A stretch of DNA of 64,000 bases from an uncultured Bacteroidota bacterium (GTDB lineage Bacteria > Bacteroidota > Ignavibacteria > Kryptoniales > Kryptoniaceae): positions 3,168 through 67,167 of the forward strand of contig CAZQJI010000001.1 in assembly GCA_964593475.1 (NCBI GenBank), given 5' to 3'. The notes beneath the pieces are model-generated. The model saw only the letters and a list, made by a program, of their open reading frames with translations. It ran no database searches and was not told where the DNA came from. Positions 57,353 to 64,000 of this stretch are shown piece by piece. A program made the translations under genes and the position numbers. How positions within the stretch are numbered: the stretch's first letter is position 1; each line of letters opens with the position of its first letter.

Positions 57353-58867
57353 ATGAAATTTGCGAAGACAATCGGTGAGCTGAAGAAATCTGGATATAAA
57401 GTTCTTCCAGTTAAGGAGGAGCTCAGAAAAAATGTTATTGAGAAGTTGAAAAATAATGAAGTTCTTTTCCCGGGGATAATCGGTTATGAAAAAACGGTGA
57501 TCCCTGCGATAATAAATGCGATCCTGTCAAAGCATGATATAATTTTGCTCGGGTTGAGGGGGCAGGCGAAAACGAAAATTGCAAGGATGTTTGTAAATTT
57601 GCTTGATGAATATATCCCGATAATAAAAGGATGTGAAATTAACGATAACCCGTATAAACCTCTTTGTAAAAGATGCGTTGAACTTGTTAGAGAATACGGA
57701 GATGATGTTGAAATTGAATGGTTGCCAAGGGAGAGAAGATACGGTGAAAAACTCGCAACACCGGATGTTACGATAGCTGACTTGATTGGCGACATTGACC
57801 CGATAAAAGCAGCAACTCAAAAACTTTATTATTCTCACGAAGGAATAATACACTGGGGCATCATTCCAAGAACGAATAGAGGTATTTTCGTTATAAATGA
57901 ACTTCCGGATCTTCAGCCACGAATTCAGGTTGGTTTGTTTAACATAATGCAGGAAAGAGATATTCAAATCAGGGGATTCAACATAAGAATTCCACTTGAC
58001 ATTATGATAATTTTTACCGCAAATCCAGAAGATTACACAAATCGTGGCAATATAATTACACCATTGAAAGATAGAATTGGCTCTCAAATTTTGACGCATT
58101 ATCCGAAGACGATTGAAGATGGAATTAAAATAACGGAGCAAGAAGCATGGATTAACAGGGATTCAGGTAAAAAAGTTGTGATTCCTTATTATTTCAAGGA
58201 AATAATTGAGCAAATTGCTTTTCAGGCAAGGTCAAGTGAATTTGTTGATCAAAAATCGGGTGTAAGTGCAAGGTTGACTATCTCGTGTATGGAAAATCTT
58301 GTGAGCAATGCCGAAAGGAGAGCGATTAAATTTAATGAAAATATAGTTTATCCAAGAATTTGTGATTTGAATTTTGTTCTCCCGGGAATTACCGGGAAAA
58401 TTGAACTTGTTTTTGAAGGTGAGCAGGAAGGGAGCGTTAAAGTGAGCAAAGCATTGATAGGCAAGGCAATTCGTGAGGTTTTCAAAAAATATTTCCCGGA
58501 TCCACTTCCAAAAGCAAGATATCATTCTTACGAAGAAAAGGGTAAATCTCAAACTCAATCGGGACATCAGGAATATGCTCAAATAGTTGCCTGGTTTGAA
58601 AACGGGAATAAGGTTGAAATTTCTGATGAGATGCCAATTGATGAGTTTTATTCCGAACTCTGCAAAGTTAAAGGTTTGAAGGAAATCGCAAAGAAGTATT
58701 TGAAAGTAGATGAGAACGATAAATATGCGATGGCGACGGCTATGGAATTTGTCCTTGATGGATTGCATCAGTTTTCAAAAATTGCGAAGGATGAAATTGA
58801 CAATGTCAGCTCTTACAAGGATATGGTTGTAAGCATTTTTTCAAGCAGGACAAGAGAAGAATTTTAA
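57353..58867 (+). CDS. Mg-chelatase ChlI-like AAA+ ATPase
   Basis: GLRGQAKT, EKLATPD..IADLIGD.DPIK, INELPDL, ANPEDYTNRG.IITPLKDR. Confidence 0.88.
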   Translation: MKFAKTIGELKKSGYKVLPVKEELRKNVIEKLKNNEVLFPGIIGYEKTVIPAIINAILSKHDIILLGLRGQAKTKIARMFVNLLDEYIPIIKGCEINDNPYKPLCKRCVELVREYGDDVEIEWLPRERRYGEKLATPDVTIADLIGDIDPIKAATQKLYYSHEGIIHWGIIPRTNRGIFVINELPDLQPRIQVGLFNIMQERDIQIRGFNIRIPLDIMIIFTANPEDYTNRGNIITPLKDRIGSQILTHYPKTIEDGIKITEQEAWINRDSGKKVVIPYYFKEIIEQIAFQARSSEFVDQKSGVSARLTISCMENLVSNAERRAIKFNENIVYPRICDLNFVLPGITGKIELVFEGEQEGSVKVSKALIGKAIREVFKKYFPDPLPKARYHSYEEKGKSQTQSGHQEYAQIVAWFENGNKVEISDEMPIDEFYSELCKVKGLKEIAKKYLKVDENDKYAMATAMEFVLDGLHQFSKIAKDEIDNVSSYKDMVVSIFSSRTREEF

Positions 58868-58885
58868 AAACAAATCAGGCATAAA

Positions 58886-59539
58886 ATGATAATAAAAGCT
58901 TTTGAATCCGGACCACTTCTTACAATTGGATATCTTGTAATTGATGAGAAAAACAATTACGCTGTCGTTATTGACGCACCGAAAGATTCAGCGGAGGAAA
59001 TTGTAAATGAAGCCAAAAAAAGGGACTGCGAAATACTTTGTTTAATCAATACCCACGGTCACTGGGATCACATCGCTGATGATTCCGAAATAGTTCGTCT
59101 GACAGCTGCGAAAGTTGCAATTCATCAAAAGGACTCTCATCTTCTTGAAGATCCAAAATCCGTGATTTATGAGTTGCCTTTCAGAATTGAAGGGATAAAA
59201 CCGGATATTATTTTAAACGATGGTGATGTGATTGAAGTAGGTGAGTTAAGATTGAAAGTTATTCACACGCCCGGGCATACGCTTGGAAGCATTTGTCTTT
59301 ATGAAGAGAATGAAAAAGTTTTGTTCAGTGGTGATACTCTTTTTGCCGGAACGATTGGTAGGACTGATCTTCCGGGTGGTTCGTTTGATGAGATAATAAA
59401 ATCAATTCAGGAGAAACTTTTTGTGCTTGAAGATGATGTGGTTGTGTATCCGGGGCATGGACCTTCAACAACGATTGGGAAAGAAAAACAATTTAACCCA
59501 TTTTTTAACACAATTGATTTAGGCAGAGATGAAATTTAA
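58886..59539 (+). CDS. MBL-fold metallo-hydrolase (glyoxalase II-like)
   Basis: THGHWDH, HTPGHT.GS, FSGDTLF, PGHG. Confidence 0.92.
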   Translation: MIIKAFESGPLLTIGYLVIDEKNNYAVVIDAPKDSAEEIVNEAKKRDCEILCLINTHGHWDHIADDSEIVRLTAAKVAIHQKDSHLLEDPKSVIYELPFRIEGIKPDIILNDGDVIEVGELRLKVIHTPGHTLGSICLYEENEKVLFSGDTLFAGTIGRTDLPGGSFDEIIKSIQEKLFVLEDDVVVYPGHGPSTTIGKEKQFNPFFNTIDLGRDEI

Positions 59540-60164
59540 TCCGAAGGAACTTTCAAAATCACAAGTTTACAAACTTCTTATAAGCGCCCTTATCCCGAGA
59601 CCAATCGCTTTGGTTTCAACGATAAATCAAGATGGAGTTGTAAATGTTGCTCCATTCAGCTTCTTTGGGGCAATGAGCTCAAAACCGCCGATTATTTATG
59701 TTTCAATTGACAGAAAAAGAGATGGGGATAAGAAAGATACTTTGAAGAACATTGAATTAACGGGTGATTTCGTTGTTAATATTGTGACTGAAGAGATTGC
59801 TGAAAAAATGAATATATGTGCTGTTGATTTTCCTTATGGAATAAGTGAATCTCAAATCGCTGGGCTTACGCCAGTTCAAAGTGAGTTAGTCAAATCGCCG
59901 AGGATAGCCGAATCACCTATAAATTTTGAGTGTAAAGTTTTGAAAATAATTGAAATTGGAGATGCGCCGAATTCGGTTGTTTTTGGTGAAATTCTTCTTT
60001 TTCATGTAAATGATGAAATACTTGAAAATGGCATTGTTAATCCGAGGAAATTGAAAGTTGTCGGGCGACTTGGAGGGAACTTTTACACGCTTGTTGACAA
60101 TGTTTTTGAGATGAAGCGGATGAGCTATGAGGAATACAGGAAAATTTACGGGATGAATGATTAG
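59529..60164 (+). CDS. Flavin reductase (DIM6/NTAB) family protein
   Basis: PRPIA.VST, N.APFSFF, KDT..NI, GRLGG..Y. Confidence 0.9.
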   Translation: MKFNPKELSKSQVYKLLISALIPRPIALVSTINQDGVVNVAPFSFFGAMSSKPPIIYVSIDRKRDGDKKDTLKNIELTGDFVVNIVTEEIAEKMNICAVDFPYGISESQIAGLTPVQSELVKSPRIAESPINFECKVLKIIEIGDAPNSVVFGEILLFHVNDEILENGIVNPRKLKVVGRLGGNFYTLVDNVFEMKRMSYEEYRKIYGMND

Positions 60165-60188
60165 CAAGTTTAGTGAAAATTAAATCCG

Positions 60189-61304
60189 GTGATAAAAATG
60201 TTTATCCGATATTCAAAATGGACGGAACAATCAATGACGGATGAACAAAGGTTACAGCAGTTGATCTCGCTTTTCAGTTATATCCTTTTGAAGACAAATG
60301 GTGATGTAAAAGAGGCGCTTGAATGGATGAGAGCAATAGGTGAGGAAAATGATTTGTTTGATGAAAATTTTACATTTGATGACTTTGTTCAGAAACTTAA
60401 AGAACTCGGTTATATAGAAGAGGCGAAGGATATGTTGATTTTGACGACGAAAGGGGTTCAAAGAATAAGACAAGATGCGTTGAACGAAATTTTTACAAGT
60501 TTGAAGAAAGGACCTATGTCTGGGTTTCATGAGACGCCTCATTCAGGTGAGGGAATTGATAGATTAAGCGAGACAAGACCATATCAATTCGGGGATCAAC
60601 CAACAAACATTGATTTGACATCAACCGTCACCAATGCTTTGATAAGGGATGGGATTGAAGATTTCACCATAAGAGAAGATGATTTACAGGTTTATGAGAC
60701 GGAATTCATGACCTCGTGTGCTACGGTTATTTTGCTTGACATAAGCCACAGTATGATTTTGTATGGGGAGGACAGGATCACACCGGCGAAACAAGTTTCA
60801 CTTGCACTTGCTGAACTTATAAAGACAAGGTTTCCAAAAGATAAACTTTACATTGTTGTTTTTGGAGATGATGCGAAACTCATAACTTTGTCCGAACTTC
60901 CTTTTGTAAGCGTTGGTCCGTATCACACGAACACCAAAGCAGCATTACGTCTTGCAAGACATCTCTTGAGGAAGGAGGGAAATGTAAACAAGCAAATTTT
61001 TCTTGTCACAGATGGAAAACCATCAGCTATATTTGAGCCGGATGGGAGATTATATAAAAATTCTTTTGGGCTTGACCCAAAGATAGTGAATAAAACACTT
61101 GATGAAGCTGTCGCATGTAGGCGGGAGAAGATAACAATTTGCACATTTATGGTTGCACGCGATCCGTATTTAATTAATTTCGTTGAGGAATTGACAAAAG
61201 CAAACAGAGGGCGTGCGTATTATTCATCACTTGATAAACTTGGCGAGTTTGTGTTTGTTGATTATATAAGAAACAGAAGAAAGCGAATAAAGTATAATCT
61301 TTAA
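60189..61304 (+). CDS. vWA domain protein (partner of the ChlI-like ATPase)
   Basis: MIDAS DISHS, TNT, TDGKP. Confidence 0.88.
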   Translation: MIKMFIRYSKWTEQSMTDEQRLQQLISLFSYILLKTNGDVKEALEWMRAIGEENDLFDENFTFDDFVQKLKELGYIEEAKDMLILTTKGVQRIRQDALNEIFTSLKKGPMSGFHETPHSGEGIDRLSETRPYQFGDQPTNIDLTSTVTNALIRDGIEDFTIREDDLQVYETEFMTSCATVILLDISHSMILYGEDRITPAKQVSLALAELIKTRFPKDKLYIVVFGDDAKLITLSELPFVSVGPYHTNTKAALRLARHLLRKEGNVNKQIFLVTDGKPSAIFEPDGRLYKNSFGLDPKIVNKTLDEAVACRREKITICTFMVARDPYLINFVEELTKANRGRAYYSSLDKLGEFVFVDYIRNRRKRIKYNL

Positions 61305-61305
61305 T

Positions 61306-62013
61306 TTATATTCCGACAAGAATTCTTCTTGCGAGAAACTCCGGCAATCCATTTTGTATAATTTTTATTGATGCCTTTTCAACTTCATACTCTGAACGAA
61401 TCTGTTCATATGTCCAGGTATTTGTGTCAAATATCCCGAAGCATAATCTCCAATCCCCATCTCTTGGCTGTCCAACACTTCCAACATTTATGATGTATCT
61501 CATGTTTTTGTCAATTTTCCCGTTGTAGCTTCCTTTTTCGGGGAAAACCCCGGGTAAGTGTGAATGACCGATGAAACAAATTTTCTCATTAAAATATTGA
61601 AATTGAACTTTTGCTTGAGCTTCGGTGAAAATGTATTCCCATTCTCTCGGTTGAGCCGGGGAAGAGTGAACGAAAAGAAGATTTTTGAATGAAATTGTCA
61701 AAGGCAAGGATTTTAAAAATTCAAGATTTTCTCTTGTTAAAACCTCTCTTGTCCATAGATCTGATTCACGGGCGTGTGAGCTAAAATAAAAAAGTTCTGT
61801 CGGGTCAACTGCAACCGCATAATCGTGATTTCCCATAACTACATACTTAACACGCTTTCTTATCAACTCAACACATTCATTTGGATTTGCTCCGTAGCCG
61901 ACTATATCTCCAAGACAAACGATCTCGTCAATGTTTTTCGTCTCAATGATTTCAAATGCTTTTGTCAATGCTTCAAGATTTGAATGTATGTCAGAGATAA
62001 TAGCAATTCTCAA
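61306..62013 (-). CDS. Metallophosphoesterase
   Basis: SDIHSN, GDIVGYG, GNHD, GHSH, NVGSVGQPRDG. Confidence 0.92.
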   Translation of the reverse strand: MRIAIISDIHSNLEALTKAFEIIETKNIDEIVCLGDIVGYGANPNECVELIRKRVKYVVMGNHDYAVAVDPTELFYFSSHARESDLWTREVLTRENLEFLKSLPLTISFKNLLFVHSSPAQPREWEYIFTEAQAKVQFQYFNEKICFIGHSHLPGVFPEKGSYNGKIDKNMRYIINVGSVGQPRDGDWRLCFGIFDTNTWTYEQIRSEYEVEKASIKIIQNGLPEFLARRILVGI

Positions 62014-62112
62014 ATCTCACCCGATAAGAAGTTTGCCCGAAATTTTTGTAAAATTTAAAAATTTTGGGGAAAAATTAAAAAATGATTTGACCTCGTTTAA
62101 AGATTTTGGACA

Positions 62113-63012
62113 TCACTTTAATAATTCAATTGGAACTCTTGTCCCGTATTTTGTTGAAAGTGAGGTGCGCCAGAAATGTTCATAAGCAATTTTTGAGATT
62201 TCCGCAATTGTTTCGCTTGCGGATGTTAAGTTATAATTGCTCATTACGATTATAACATATGGATGTCTTGGGAGAAAAACGATTCCCCATTCGCAGGTCA
62301 CACCTTCAATTCCACCGGGTTTATTTGCGATTTCAATGTTTTGCGGAAGATATTTATTCAAGTTTGCATCTTTTTCTTTCTTTAAAATTTTAATCGCTTG
62401 TTCCGATACCTCTTTGCTTATGATTTCTCCTCTGTAAAGCATTTCCATAAATTTCATCGCTTCAAATGGGGTGGAGAGATTTTCTTCGCCTCTTGCTGAT
62501 GCATCCGGGCGAATCATTTTGCGTTGAAGTTTGGTGTTTTTAAATCCAAGTTTTTCAAGTGTTCTATTCACATTTTCCATTCCAACGAGATCAATTAATA
62601 TATTCGTTGCGGTGTTATCACTTACGGTTATCATTAAAACCGCAAGGTCATATATGCTTAGCTCAGAGAGTCCATCGCCAAATTCTTTTAAAACACCGCT
62701 TCCACCAACTTGATATTTCTTTTCAATTTTTATTTTATCTGTTAATTTAAATTTTCCTTCGCTTGCCTGTTTTAAAACTTCAACTAAAATCGGGATTTTT
62801 ATCGCACTTCCCTGTGGAAAGAGCAAATTTTCATTTATTAAAAATGTTTCGCCGGTTGCGAGATTTTTAATTGCTACACCTATAACTCCATTTGAAGTGT
62901 CGGCGATGAACTCTATCTTTTCAAAAGTTTTTCTATGAAGGATTTCAAGGTTTTCTGGTTGTGATGATGCGATTGAGAAAGTTATGATGAGTGAGAGGAT
63001 AATTTTTCTCAT
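62113..63012 (-). CDS. Class A beta-lactamase-like serine hydrolase
   Basis: Signal peptide; S.IK, SDN, KPG motifs; no clear E166 equivalent. Confidence 0.85.
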   Translation of the reverse strand: MRKIILSLIITFSIASSQPENLEILHRKTFEKIEFIADTSNGVIGVAIKNLATGETFLINENLLFPQGSAIKIPILVEVLKQASEGKFKLTDKIKIEKKYQVGGSGVLKEFGDGLSELSIYDLAVLMITVSDNTATNILIDLVGMENVNRTLEKLGFKNTKLQRKMIRPDASARGEENLSTPFEAMKFMEMLYRGEIISKEVSEQAIKILKKEKDANLNKYLPQNIEIANKPGGIEGVTCEWGIVFLPRHPYVIIVMSNYNLTSASETIAEISKIAYEHFWRTSLSTKYGTRVPIELLK

Positions 63013-63018
63013 TTTGTG

Positions 63019-64000
63019 TTAATCTTTGTTTTCAATAAATGGTTTCCACTTCTCTGGTGGATCAGGTGGTGTTAGCAAACTTACGACTATCAACACAATT
63101 ATTGAACCAGCAGCAGCTGGCAAGACGATGTAGTCGGCTTCAAGCAATGGCTTTTCTCTGAACATATTTATCAGCGTAATTATCAAAGTTATTCCCATTC
63201 CAGTTGCAATGCTTGCGACACCACCGGCAGTTGTAACTCTCTTCCATAGGAAAGCAGCAAGAAGGGCAGGCGTGAGCCCGGCTCCAATCATAGTATATGC
63301 GGTCAGAGCCATTTGAAGAACAGTTTGAAATCTTGTCAAAAGAAGATAGCCGAGAAAGCCGAGGACAAAAATTAAAATTCGTTGTAAAGTTATTATCTGT
63401 TTGTGAGTTGCATTTGGATTTATAAATCTTTGATATATATCCCTTGCTAAGTTCGTGCTTGGTGTCAAAAGAAAACTATTTGCAGTTGATATTATTATCG
63501 CCATTGCAGCGACTATAAGCATAATTCCAACAATTGGCGGAAGACCTATTTCATTCCCATGGGTTGCGAGATGTAGAATTACTTTTTCCGTCTCTTCAAG
63601 TTTAAATTTAACGCTTGCAAAAACGGCGAGTGCAGTTATTGATGTTTCAATTATGATCGTTCCGATAACCCAGAATATAACAGCTTGCCTTGCGGATTTT
63701 GCATCTTTTGCGCTGAAAAATTTTTGATACATGCTTGACTCACCAAGAAGAAGAAAAAATGTCGGAAAGAAAACACCCATTGCCCATACGAAATCCTTTT
63801 GCCCGAAAACAGCAAATCTATCCGGCGGAAGAGTTTCTCTGACTGTTGTCCATCCGCCAATATGGTACAAAACTATTGGAACAGAGAGAGCAATTCCAAG
63901 AAGCATTAAACTTCCGTTTATGATGTCCATTGTGATAACAGAGATTAAACCAGCAAGGGCGGTGAAAAGGACGACGAAAAGAGCAGTTATAATTATTCCT
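63019..64000 (-). CDS. Sodium:solute symporter family protein (5' truncated by window)
   Basis: Frame stays open to the window edge (..FTALAGLISVITMD..); YQKFFSAKD.K.A, AIIISTANS.L, RDIY motifs; many TM helices. Confidence 0.88.
   Translation of the reverse strand, partial: GIIITALFVVLFTALAGLISVITMDIINGSLMLLGIALSVPIVLYHIGGWTTVRETLPPDRFAVFGQKDFVWAMGVFFPTFFLLLGESSMYQKFFSAKDAKSARQAVIFWVIGTIIIETSITALAVFASVKFKLEETEKVILHLATHGNEIGLPPIVGIMLIVAAMAIIISTANSFLLTPSTNLARDIYQRFINPNATHKQIITLQRILIFVLGFLGYLLLTRFQTVLQMALTAYTMIGAGLTPALLAAFLWKRVTTAGGVASIATGMGITLIITLINMFREKPLLEADYIVLPAAAGSIIVLIVVSLLTPPDPPEKWKPFIENKD

Noticed and set aside
57527..58141. 204-aa minus-strand ORF (and similar short antisense ORFs throughout the track)
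   Set aside because: Lie opposite well-supported genes and show no recognisable motifs
57353..61304. ChlI-like ATPase and vWA gene as chlorophyll synthesis
   Set aside because: No other bch/chl genes; this AAA+/vWA pair is widespread in non-phototrophs
62036..62068. Inverted repeat CCCGAAATTTTT...AAAAATTTTGGG
   Set aside because: Mostly A/T runs in an AT-rich intergenic region; cannot be distinguished from chance or assigned a function
62113..63012. Bona fide class A beta-lactamase resistance gene
   Set aside because: Has SxxK, SDN and K(P)G but no evident E166/omega-loop motif; better called a serine hydrolase

Overview
AT-rich bacterial chromosomal window. Its FCB-group-like gene order (miaB - sigma54 activator - lptE) and Lys/Glu-rich proteins suggest a thermophilic Ignavibacteria/Kryptonia-like organism; this is inference only. 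(1) 1-14.5 kb: a very large, left-truncated respiratory cluster with three FdnI-like cytochromes b, seven multiheme c cytochromes (79 CxxCH plus 3 atypical motifs by hand count), a Rieske/cytochrome b pair and an outer-membrane beta-barrel. Together these look like a quinol-to-cell-surface electron conduit. (2) 14.5-29 kb: housekeeping genes (yhhQ-like, YyaL-like, guaA, radC, M28 peptidase, hybrid kinase, GT9). (3) 29.05-29.52 kb: two identical tRNA-Pro(GGG) genes, each interrupted by the same 22-nt palindromic insert, flanking a small GIY-YIG nuclease whose stop codon lies inside the second tRNA. This is the most unusual element seen. (4) 29.6-40.3 kb: a sensor-less sigma54 activator, tandem enhancer-like sites and a -24/-12 promoter ahead of one tightly packed operon that joins an anaerobic Ni,Fe-CO dehydrogenase (cooF-cooS-cooC) to an O2-tolerant-type group 1d [NiFe] uptake hydrogenase, ending at tRNA-Cys. 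(5) 40.3-64 kb: rpmB, VKOR, a deacetylase, outer-membrane proteins with unusual architectures (an M1 peptidase fused to an Omp85-like barrel; a barrel with an inserted carboxypeptidase-regulatory-like domain), the miaB locus, LPS enzymes, an AAA/vWA pair and a right-truncated sodium:solute symporter. All calls are from reading motifs by eye; no database searches were run.
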